Part shown: in pieces, positions 1-11,700 of the stretch
Layout: each line of letters begins with the position of its first letter
Position numbering within the stretch: the stretch's first letter is position 1
DNA from: Lama guanicoe
Taxonomy: Eukaryota
Length of the DNA stretch: 64,000 bases
Assembly (NCBI GenBank): GCA_013239625.1
Contig: MU054400.1
Span: forward strand, 727,146-791,145
Direction of reading: 5' to 3'
Position numbers and translations under genes: made by a program
The notes under the pieces: model-generated
Database searches by the model: none
The model's input: only the letters and a program-made list of their open reading frames with translations
Told to the model about the DNA's origin: nothing

Positions 1-1899
1 ACATAGGGGGAGCCTGTGGGCACCAGGACCCCACATTTGCTCCCCGAGAAGCAGGTGATAGCTTCCTACTCCAGCCCCACTGTCTGCTTCTACAGGAGTT
101 TCTTCATGGAGCCAGAGCTTTCCAGAGACCAAGGTCTTAACTCTGGAATTCCCTCTTGCTCATCCGGCAGGGCTGGTTTCTCTCAACAGTGGTGCCAGCC
201 TGGCGTGAAGGGGGAGGTGTGCAGGATGGAGATGAAAGCAGCCCTCCTGACTGCAGGGTCTGCGTGAAGCTGCTCTGGATCCTGTCCTGGACAGGGCCTG
301 GGCTGGCTGGGGAACAGGCCAGGAGGAGGGAGGATGGAATGTTGGTTTTGTGGGGGAGGTGCAGAGGCTCAAACAGTGGTCCTGAGGTTTAGGTTTGGAG
401 GAATCCTTCCCTCCAGGTGCCAGCCTTGCTTCATGACTAAAATCCTAGAGACCTTGTTCTCAGGAAAACCTGCCAGTGTGCCTCCTCTTCCAAAGTTGTG
501 GGGGAGGCCAGGCCTGGCCAGAACTGCTTCACCTTCACAGACCACCTTCCTCGTGTCCCCTCACACACCCTGCCTCACCCTTCGGGAAAGTTCTGCCTCC
601 CAAACTCCCCACATGGCCTCAGTACTGGTGTCCATACCATCCCCCTTGGCCTTTTAGAGCTCTCAATCCCAGGGCCAGACCAACTCCAGTCTGGAAAGTC
701 CTAGCCAGAAGGGACAAAGCTCCAAGGGGTGTCACAGTGTGTGCCAGGCCAGGACTGGAATCCAGGCCTCAGGTTTCCCAAACTAGAGCCACCCTAGGCC
801 AGGAGGGGGCTGAGATCTCAGGAAAAGGGGAGCTGTCTTCCCCAAACAGAACTCCCCTGGAGTCCTCAGTGGCTCAGGCTGCCCCCAGCCCCAGGCTTCT
901 TGCACTCAGCCTCTTGGGAAACCTGGCTGCAGAGAACCCAGCTAAATAACCGATTGGCTGCCTCAACTCACTTGAGACCCTGGGCAGTTTGCTTCAGGTG
1001 TCTGAGCATTGGTTTCCCCACCCATCAGGTGGGTAATAGTTACTGCCTGTGTGCTGCCCCAAGCCTTTGGAAGGGTAGACAGGGTCTGAGGTTGAGAGGG
1101 TCTCCCAGTGTCATGTGGCATCTCAGCATGGTCAGGCCTCTAAACCTATCCCAGGACTGTCTCAGGGCATAGGGAGAGAAGGAACAGAGCAGTTGTGAGG
1201 CTGCTCTGGCAAAAGCTGGGGCTTCCAATCACCTCCCCCCTTATACCACCTCCACCCCCGCCTACCCCAAATCTGTCACATGGGTGAGGGAATCAGAAGT
1301 CTTCATCTTCCCACACTCTGCCAAGAATCTCTTCTAATAGTAGATAACAGCTTTTGAGCACTTTTGATACACTAAGCTCATCTGTTTTATTCCTCAACAC
1401 CTGTAAATGTGCATCCTTATTATTCCTGTTATCCCCATTTTACCCATGGGGAAGCTGGAGATTGGAGAAGTTAGGTCACTTCCCTAAGATCACTCAGTGA
1501 ATTGGGGATCTGAAATTCCTACTAGGTCTGACTCCAAAACCTGTGTCCTCTCCGCTCCACGGCAGAGCAGTGGCAGCTCACGCAGCTCATCCGGGAGTCC
1601 CTGGGACTCTGTGGCCAAGCAGGTCAGGACAAGTGGGAGGGAAGTTTACACCATGTCCCAGAGTAGAGAATACCCCAGAAGATGAGGCCTTTTCCTACAG
1701 TAGCCATGAGGGGGCAGTGTGTATCCCCAAATCAGGAGCCTGGGGATGGGGTGGGACAAGTGCTTGCACTTTGCCTCAGGAAAGCATTATTTAAAACTTT
1801 TTAGAAGCACTTATAACTGATCTTTTAAGTCATCACCTTTCCATTTCTTTTTTTTATATGTTTTCTTTTCTGCTTGTTGACAAACCAAGTAGAAGCACA

Positions 1900-2610
1900 G
1901 GAGGAAAAACATAAGCCATGCAGATAATCTGAAGGAAGGTCATCCCAGGCAGAGGGAACAGCCATGGCAAAGGCTCAGTGGTGGAGACATGCCATGCAGC
2001 TTGAAGGAACAGCAAAGCCATCAGGCTATAGGGAAGTGAATAGAGGAGAGAGTGGCAGGGGCACTGAGGCCACTGGACGGCTTAGGGCAGAGGAGTGAAT
2101 GACAAGATCTGGCTCGTTTTGGGAAAGGATCACCCCAACTGCTGTATTGAGACTAGACTGTAGGGCTGAGTCAGAGCAAGGGAGATGCTGAAAGACCACT
2201 GCTGTAGTCCAAGACTGAGGTGACAGTGGTTCAAACCTGGGGTGCTGAGAAGTGTTTTGATTCTAGATACAAATTGCAGATTTGCTGACAGCTGGGATGT
2301 GGGGTGTGAGAGAAGGGAGCAGAGATGACTTCAAAATTTTTGGCCTGAGCAATGGGAAGATTGAATTTACCGTTTACTGGGATAGGAAAGTGTGGGAGGA
2401 GTAGGCTTGCGGGATGAAAATCTGTCCAGTGGGCGGTTGTCCATGGCAGTCTGAAGTCTGGAGGCAGGATTGAGCTAGAAATCTAATTTGGGGAGCTGTT
2501 GACATATAATGGTATTTAAAGACTGGTGAAATCATTTTGGAAGGGAGAATGAAAGAGAAGAGATCCAAGGATTTTGCCTTCGGCACTCTGTCTTCTAGAA
2601 GGCAGGGAGC
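1900..2610 (-). mobile_element. LINE-2 fragment
   Basis: cccaggcagagggaacagc..ggcaaaggc, aaaggatcacc, tttttggcctgagcaatgggaaga, atggtatttaaag. Confidence 0.6.
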
Positions 2611-5600
2611 TGAGGGCAGGGCAGGAATCAACAATTGCCAGAGCCGAGCTGTGTGCTGAAGCTGTAGGACCCAGGGCTACAGGGAAGTCCCGTGGGGTGA
2701 GGATCTCTGGGGCTTTTTTTCCATGTTGCCCTCACTTGTCCTTACTGGTCTGAACTGCCCACCAAGGGAAGGGACTGGCCCCAAGTCACAAGTCAGTTAA
2801 GACCCCAGAGTATTCAGGCTCCTGGGGCCAGGATACATCATAGGCCTTTGCTGCCTCACTCCCTTTAGCCATCTTTAAAACATGAATGCTCCGCACGGCG
2901 CCATCATCTCTCCCTGGGCCACCTCGTCCATCTGCAAAGCTTTAAGTGCCACCCTGCGCTTAAAAGCTCTTTCTCTAGCTCCTGTCTTTCCCTGGGTGTC
3001 CCACGAGTACCTCTAACTCAGCACGTCCAACCTCTAGACTATTTCCTGGTGTCTCCATCAATCTCCCCCTATCAAGTCTCCCCTACCCTGGCACTGGGCC
3101 TCCCTTAGGAGTTCATCTTCTTTCTAATGTCCCCAGATCTGGGGCCAGAGGCCAGGGCATAGGTGGAGGAATGTGGGAAGGCAGTAAGGGCAGGAACACA
3201 TTCTTGCTGGCCCTGGCAGGGCTGTTGCAGGAGCCTGTTGGAACCCCCATCTGAGGAATCCTTTTTATAGGCCAGTAAGGCTTTGGATAAGTCCCTGGAG
3301 GACTTAAAGGCTCAGCCGTAGATTTATAGCCTCATCTGTTCCTGGACGTACCTGGCTCTGAACTATGTCTCCTCTTTCAGCCTCTGAGCCTCCAGCACCC
3401 ACTCACTCAGGCCCCACACTGGACCCAGAGCATCCCCTCCAGAAGGCCGTGCTCACACCCTCCAGCACCTTCCCCTACCACCACCTTTGCTCCTGAACAC
3501 AGGCACAAGGGCAGACAGTGAACTCTGGCAAGCTCTACCCTGCCTTGCTCCATCATACTGGAATGCTAATGGGAAAACTGAAGCATGAAGTGCCTCACTC
3601 CTTGGCCAGGTGACCCGCATTTTGCAGGTGAGGAAGCTGAGGCGCAGAGAGGGTCAATAACCCATCAGAGCTCGGTAGAGGGCACTTGAATGTTTGGAGT
3701 TTTTGTTTATTCAAGGGCTTTTTGATTCTGTGTTTTGAGTGTTTTACTGTTATTTTAACTGTACCTGTATGTTTTATACACATGTTGAAAGACTATGTTT
3801 CACAATTTAAAGACCAAGCGAAAACCAGCAGAGATCGTGTCAACAAAGGATTGGAATCCCTACTTTCTACCCCTTACTGAGCCAACTTCCCAGGACCTCA
3901 GATTCCTTAGGTGTCAGATGGGCATGGTGACATGAGGACCACGAGAGGAGGCAGAGTGGTAACAGCACACAGCCTCCCCACGTGCCAGGCATAGCTCATT
4001 TCATTGTCCCAGCAGCCCTGGGAGGTGGGAGCTATTACTATTCTGTCCTCCCTGGTCATACAGCTAGAGAGTGGCAGAGTGGGTATTTGGATCCAGGCGG
4101 GCTGGCCTCATTCTGCTCTTAGGTGCCATGGAGTGAGTAGGTGCCCTGCAGCACACAGGAGGCAAGGTCCCCCCATTCCCACGCTGGATTCAGTACAGGG
4201 GTGGGTGCAGGCCAAGGTCAGGCTGTGAGACTCGGAGTGGCCACAGCTTTCCTTTGAGCAGAAAGGTCCAGCCAGAGATGGCTACTCCCACCTCTTCGGG
4301 TGCTACAGGACTGCATCTGAGGGAGGAGACGGTGAGACCAGCCAGACCAAGGTGCTGTCTATGGGTGTCTGTCCCTCGAGGCCCTGAGTGGGAGTGGAAG
4401 TGGGTGAGCAGCAGGCCAGACAGGGAATAAGGGGCTCTTTGCAGAGCCAGGACTACCAGGCTGAGGCCCAACCTTCATCTGCAGAACCCTGGAGGGGCTT
4501 GGCCCAGGGCTGGGAGTCATTTCTGTCCCCATCTCAAATAGCCTCAGTTGGCATTGGGGCAGGGGGCCGTTGTGAAGTCATGACATGAGGCTTTGAAGTG
4601 CTGGAAGAAGTCAGCGTTGGGAGGCTCTGGAAACACCAACAGATCCAAGCCTCATTGGACAGATAGGGAAACTGAGGCCCAGGAAAGGGAAGGGTCCTGT
4701 CCAGGTCACATAGCCAGTACATGCTGTCCTGGGACCAGGAGAATGGGAGAGGAGCCAGCGCTCACATCCCGGCCTGGCTCCCAGCGCTGCACAAATATGC
4801 CTCCTGAGTTCAGCAAGGGAGTGGTTACAGAAGGAACTGTGTGAGCAAAGCCAAGAGCGGGCTCCCTTAAGGCGCCATAATGCCGGCCTCACCTCATACT
4901 GCCTGCTTCCTTCCTTCCTGCAGTGGGACCTGCCTCTCTCCTCCAGAGACCTCCCCCACCTCTGCCCCAAGCCTTGGCCTCACCTCTTCCCAGGCCTGGC
5001 CTCAGCTCACCCTGCTCTCCTCATTTCTCTGACCTCATCTTCTTCCGCTCTTCCCAACTCTTTCCATTCCAGCAATGGTCCTTCCATGCCCAAACCTCAA
5101 GGCCTTTTCCTGGCTATTTCCCCAGCCTGGCATGCTCTTCCCCCACGTATCCACATGGCTCACTCCCTCACGTCCTTCAGGTCTTTGCTTAGTCACCATC
5201 TCAGGCCTCCAGTCTTCACACCCTCACACACTTCCTATCCTGCTTTCCTGCTTTTCTCCTTAGCATGTATCTCAAGCACACCACATGTTTTGCAGAGAAT
5301 GTCAACTCCATGAGAACAAGGACTTCTTTTAATCTTATTTGTGCCTGTATCCTCAGTGCTAGAATGCTGTCTGGCACGTTTGTAGGCTTTCAACCGAAGT
5401 CTGCCAAGAGAACGAAAGGGCTGAAGGCTCTGTGACCCAGTCAGGACTCATCTGAGCCTGACATTGGAATCAGAATCTGCAGGATGTTATGGGCAATGGG
5501 CCTAGTGCAGGTCTGTGGCAGAGCAGTGGACAGCAGGCAGGGGTTCTGGATGTCCTGCCTCTGAAGCCACCTCCCAGGGACATGAGGATGCCAGAAGGCT

Positions 5601-8394
5601 GAAGTGGTCAGTGAGGGGCAGAAGAGGGTAGGAACCAGAATCCTGGGGCCTGTGTATGCCTCTCCCACCTGTGACTGAGACCTTAGGATCATACTGCTCT
5701 GGAAGACCAGGAACAAGAAAGGCCATAGTCCTTGTGTCCACAGGGCCATTGAGGCTGAGAGAGGCGAAGAGACTTGTCCAGGGTCACAAGGGGAGGCAGA
5801 TGGCTGGCCTTCCAGCTGTGGGCCCTTCCATAGCCACTCCCAGGCTTGGTTCCCTGGCTCAGCGCCTCCCACTATGGGATGTCAGACACACTCAAGTCTC
5901 TCCTTCCTCCCTGTAGCCCCAACCCTGTGATCTCAGCAGGCCCCACCACACCTGTCACTCTTCCTACCACCTGTTCTTGCTATTCCTTCTTCATCCTTTA
6001 AAATACATGATACCTACAAATGCATATATATCAGTTATATGTTAAAAGCACAAGGATATAACAAATCCACAAATTTACCCAACTCTAGAACTAGAAAATT
6101 ACTAGTAGCTTGCACGACCACCCCTGTGCTCCTCCCTGTCTTATCGGCCATCCCTGTCTCCCTGAAGGAACTGTCTCTTCTTCTTGTTTTTTAAAGTGGT
6201 TTTATCACATAAGTGCACCCAAGGAATATATCCCTTTTTGCTTGTTTCTCAGTGGTGTAACTGGTGTCACACTGCACTGCTTTTCCATTTTGTTGCAGGT
6301 GGCTGTTGTGCCTTAGTTTTCACTGATGTGTCATTTTCTGCTATGTGTGACTGGACTGCAGTGTAAGTATCTATTCCCCTGTTGATGGACATTTGAGGTG
6401 TTCCCAGTGTCCCCTGACCACCCACCTTGTGTCCCTCGTCAGCCAGACCACTCCACCTCACAGCTGCCTCTTGGCTGTGCTCCCAGGACCCTGCTCACTG
6501 ACCCCTCTTTCAGCAATCATCGGCCCCAGCTGTATCGACAACAACCACAACTTCCCCAATCCCTGCTTCAACTCTCTTCTGAGTGCCAGGACGTATAAAA
6601 TGCATGATGGTTTATTGAGCACTTACTCTGCACCAAGTACTAGCATTGTACATGTTTTATTTCACTGAATATTAACAGCAACATAAATGGTAGGTAATAT
6701 TATTAGACCCATTTTACAAATGAGAAAACCAAGGCCCAGAGAAATTGAGTTACTTGCCCAAGACTACACACCTCTTACTCAAATCCCATAGGCAACTCAA
6801 ACTCAACATGTCCACAGTATAACTTATCATTTTCCTCTTCAAAACAGTTTATCTCTCACACTCCACACTCACTGGTAACATGTCCAACACCTCAGGGCCA
6901 AGCCAGAAACTGGAAGTCAGCCCTGACCCCTGCCGCGCCCCCACCTACTCCTTCATCCAGTCCGAACCCAGGTCCTGCAAGTTTTGCCTCCTTGGTAGTA
7001 AGCGAATCTCCTCTCTCCTCTCTGCCCACCAGCACTGACCTGTTAGCTGGCCTGCTGCTTCTCCTAGAGAAGCCTCTCATCACACTCCCGTGCAGGCCCC
7101 AGTCTTCCCTCTTTTCCGGCATCCTGAACACTGCAGCTCAGGTGCGCATTCCTAAATCTCATCTCACCATGTCCCCGCCTCCTCTGCCCTCTGTCTCCTC
7201 AAACTGTAAGATGCAGAACCAGCCCCAAAAAGGACACTCCCTACTCCCCATTCTGCTTTGTCTCCTCCTCCAGGAAGCCATCCATAGCCTGAGCCCCGAG
7301 GCTGGGCTGTGAATGCCCCATGAGCCCCACAGCCCACTCTCCACAACTTAGCTCCTTCCTCGTGATCACCTGTCCCTTTCAAGCTGCATTCCTCAAAGGC
7401 AGAGACCTGGCCTTGTCCACTATGGCATCTCCATTGTCCAGGCAGGGCCTGCACACAGGATGTGCTCAATGATTGTTGAAAGGCTAAATACACAAGCAGT
7501 CACAGGAACCATGGGTGATGCTGCCTCTGAGTCCCAGAAAGCAGGATGATTCCCGCCTGGCCCTGGAGTTGGTGGACTCTGGCTGCCCCATCTCCACCCA
7601 TCCTCTGCATCTGTCCCCCTGAGCCCCATGGGGCCACTTCCTGTCCCTACAGTTTTTGGAAGGAATTTCTAACTCAGAATTCCTTACTGTGGGAGAGCTC
7701 TGGCCCCAGGAAGAAGGAAGAGGGGGCCAACCTCTTACCTCCTTTCAGTCTACATCAGGCATTTTCCAGGGTGGAGGTGATTTTGCCTCCAAGGGAGAGA
7801 AATGGATTTTTGGAAGGGAGAGATTTTAAAAACCTTACTTTTTTTGTATAAAGCAAAAATATATGTACAGTACATACACAGATATACAGTATATCTGTGG
7901 TATTAAAATACCATGTGATTAAGAAAAACTATATAAAAGGCTCCGTAAGGGAGCAGTAATGAAAAAAAGGTTGAGAAACTCTGATCTACACACTTGAGCT
8001 TTGCCTTTCCTGGTCCAAGGACTGGTCAGAACTGAGGGAGGGTCTGGAGTCCTATCTCAGGGCGGCTCAAGGTATCCCCAGAGCTGACCCCCACCAGTGA
8101 GCTGGTGTCCTTTCCCTCAAATCCTCCCCTCCCTCCCATGTGCCTGGAAGTCCACCGTTCAGTGTCCAGCATCCTATGACCTCCTATTCCTGCAGAGACC
8201 GCAGGTCAGACCTTGGGCTTTGCCCCGCTGGGGGCGCTCCAGCTCCCAGGGCTGGAAGGAGCCGGAGGCCTCTGAGCTCTGTGCTCCAGCCTTGGGCTGC
8301 CGCGTAACCCTGGAGCTCCTGGAGGAATTCGGGAGGGAAGCCCAACCACAGGAGGCACCCAGAAAGCGGGGTGCCACTGTGGGACAAGGCTTTC

Positions 8395-8400
8395 TTTATT
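8395..8400 (-). terminator. AQP7: AQP7 polyadenylation signal AATAAA
   Basis: tttatt on the plus strand, 37 nt past the stop codon. Confidence 0.75.
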
Positions 8401-8437
8401 GGGATTAGGATGGGGATGGGATCACAGATAGTCTTAC

Positions 8438-8720
8438 TTAGAGGTGCTCTAGGTGGATGGAGTCTCTCAAGGGTTGGGCAGCCTGGACTGAAGGTCTGTT
8501 GTCAGGCGATACAGAGATGGGGGTGAGGGAAGAGGTCACGGGTAATTGAGGCATGGTCGCGGGCAACACAGGTGTTCTGCGGTCTTCATATGACGCGGTG
8601 TTCTCCAGTATCTGGGGCTCCCGTGGGGTGCTGGAGCCAATGAAGACTGCGTAGATGATGGCACCTAAGTAGGCACCCAGGGGTGGTGCCACCACTGGCA
8701 CCCACCACCAGTCCTTGGCC
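8438..8720 (-). CDS. AQP7: AQP7 exon 8, coding part (TM6 and long C-terminal tail)
   Basis: cag|G AKDWWWVPVVAPPLGAYLGAIIYAVFIG...HLEHL, stop TAA at 8440-8438. Confidence 0.95.
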
Positions 8721-11700
8721 CTGCAGGCAAGAGGCAGAGGCCTGTTTAGGGGCTGACACCTAATGTGGCACCTACATCCACCTCAGGCCAAGACAGGGAG
8801 TAGGGCCTGAGAGTAGAAGAGTAACCCTCATCTTAGTTCAGAAGTTGCCCCTGCGCCTGAGCCCTGGTCAGTCTCAGCCTGATTCAGGGACAGGAGCAGG
8901 TCTGAGGCAGGGGTGACATTCTGTCCAGGAGCAGAGTCTGCATCAGTGCTGGTCTGGAGGAAAGTCAGGATACACTCCTGCCTCCCCAAGCCATTGGGAG
9001 CTCTACAGGACCCTCCTGGATTGCTCCACCCCTCCACATGCAGGGAACCCACAGAAAACTTGCAGGAATGGGCTGGGCAAGGCAGTACCTGAAGACCTGT
9101 ATGCCCCAGCCGGCAACGTAGGTGAAGAAGCGGGGAGGCAGGTCCCGGGATGGGTTGATGGCATATCCTGAGTTCATGCCCATGGACACTCCAATGATGA
9201 CAACAAGGATGCCTGTCACTATGGCCTGTGTCCCTTGCAGTGGTGGGTTGTTCCCCTTGTCCGTGATGGCTGAGAGACACAGCTGAAGCATCCCCGTCAC
9301 TATCACCTAGGGAGCAGACGTCGTGGCAGCCACCGGGGGCCCCTAGCCAAGCCACGGGGCCTCAGCAGTACCCCCAGCCCAAACCCACTGGCAGTGACAT
9401 TTCTTGCTACAGTCCCCATCCAGAGTTCTTGTCCTTTCCATCATGAGGGGCTGCCTACTGGCCCCTTCCTGGGGGGTGGAGCTTGAGGAGGGTCACCCAC
9501 CCTGGACCACTGACCTCATCCAGGAAGCCCCTCCACAACGACATGTGGTCAGGAAGGTAGGTAGCAAAAATGTTAGCAGTGGCTGTAGGTCCGGTCACTG
9601 CCAGCTTTCCCTCCGAGTATTGGATGATGGAGGCTGTGGAGACACAAACTGAGTGTGAACCTGCCCCCAGCTAAACCCCACCACAGTCCCAGAGATGTGG
9701 TAGGATGGAGGGTGGGGAGGACCTCCAAGACCCTTGTCTCCCAGACGTTTTCACAAGGCTCAGACACTGAGGTCAGATCTGCCCATGTTTCAGGGGAGGA
9801 GGCTGAGGCCAGAGGTGGACAACTCAGGGCAGGACACTCACTGTAGAAGAGGAGGTAGATGGTGGCAGCAGCCAGGAAGGAACCCAGGAACTGACCCAGA
9901 ACGTACACGGGAAACTTCTTCCAGGCCATGCGGCCTAGTGCGCAGCTGGTGAAGGTCAAGGCTGCATTCATGTGAGCCCCTGCCGAGAGGGGCAAGCGTG
10001 TCGTGTCGGGGTAGAAACAAACAACAGTGATCAGTAGTACAAGAGCAACAACAGTAATAATAATGGCTAGCATTTTTGGAGTGCGCTTGCTCACTCAGTC
10101 CTCACAAGGACCCCACGAGGCAGGGACCACCATTGTCCATTTCACTCTTAACGAAAGTGAGGGATGGAGAAGTTAAATTGCTTCCCTAAGTTGACCCAGC
10201 TGGTAAAAATCGTGAGTCAAGGAAGCTCATGAAGCATCTGGGCAGAGGAAGGGGGCTCAGGGTGTTCTCCCTCCAGGTGGCCTCTGAGGGCAAAGTGTCA
10301 GTTGTCTGGGAGAAGGGGCTGGCTGAGGGGGCAGGAGGAACCCACAGGGAACACTGGCCTTGCCTGTCAGGCGGGGCCTGGCCCACTCACCAGAGATGTT
10401 CCCTGCCAAATGCATTCCCATGGTGACTCCGAAGCCAAAACCCAAGTTGACACCGAGGTAGCTCCCCATTTTATCTCCTAGAACCATGTGGGCCACGGCA
10501 CCGAGACCGAACACCTGTGAGAGAGGGCCTCTGAGGGGCTGCCCACCCAGAAACTCCAACCCTAGAGGCGGGCTTGGAGCTCAGCTGGGGCTCTGCACCC
10601 TCACGCACTCGGCCTCCCCAGCACTGCCCTTGGAGACCATCTGCCATGCTCTCCTCCTCCGGAGACTTCCCTCCTCATGACCTCTCCCTCAGCCCCTGCC
10701 AAGGCCTTATGGCTCTCAAGGCTCTTATGGACACATCAGGCCCCTGGGCCCCAAGCCCACCTGAAGTTCCAGGAGGAGGCAGGGCTTCCAGGAGGGCAGG
10801 GCTGGTGTGGGTTGAACTCCTCAGAGCATCTCACACTTCAGCCTAGCCTGAAGGAAGTTTCTTCAAGGGATCTCCAAACCTCATGTCTGGACTTGGCCAT
10901 GACCCCTCAACCCTCACTGCCAGCACCCCCACCCCCACGCCACCACATCAGCTCTGGAAGCCAGAGGGGTTCTACTTCTGCCCTCAGCAACAATTCCACT
11001 GCCCTTCAGTGTCACTCCTGAACACCTAGCTCTTGCCCCTCCCTAACTGCTGGACCTCCTCAGATGACCCCTCTCACTGATCCTCTTCACAGGAAGCTTA
11101 GAGGCCTGACAGGAGGCCCTCACTCAACCTCCCCCAGCCACCAACACCCACCTGCATCTACATCTGCCTTCCCCTTCAGCTCTGGCTCCTGCGCCCGCCT
11201 CTTTCTCCTTCTGCAGAGGCCTGCCTCTTGCCTGCATCTTCTACCCTCCCCTTGACTGGCTCCCATAGACTCAAGTCTCTTCCTTCCTAAAAGTAAAGCT
11301 TCCCGCCTTAGCCTGGGCTCCCTGTCCAGCTGTGGACTCCTGGATGCCCCCTCCCAATGTCAGTCAGTCTCTGGGAAGGACCCGCTGGCTGGCTCCCTTA
11401 TCCCTTCCCTTGCCCTCCCTTCTTAGCCTGGCTTCTGCTTCCACCTGTCATGGACACCCAAGCTCTCTGATTCCCAGAGGTCCCTTCAGACATCATCTCA
11501 CTTGACTTTGCTGACTTTCACCCTCCTAACCACTCTGTGCTTCAGGAAAGTCCCTTCTCTTTGGCCTGCATGACATCTCTCTCTCCTGGTGTCCCTCTGT
11601 AGCCTCCCCCTCTCCACAGTTCCTTCCCACGTTCTTCTTCCTTTATCTGCCTCATAAACACAGATGATCCCAGGGTTCCACCCCTAGCCCCTTTCACATC

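Noticed and set aside
9089..9979. Non-canonical NAA and NPS pore motifs
   Set aside because: Normal for AQP7; not a defect or a novelty.
9573..10094. 173-aa ORF with a hydrophobic N-terminus (MSKRTPKMLAIIITVVALV...)
   Set aside because: It is AQP7 exon 5 plus open intronic flanks; the hydrophobic part comes from a MIR/AT-rich intron stretch.
10391..10405. N-I-S glycosylation sequon in AQP7 (AGNISG)
   Set aside because: It lies in cytoplasmic loop B, out of reach of the glycosylation machinery.
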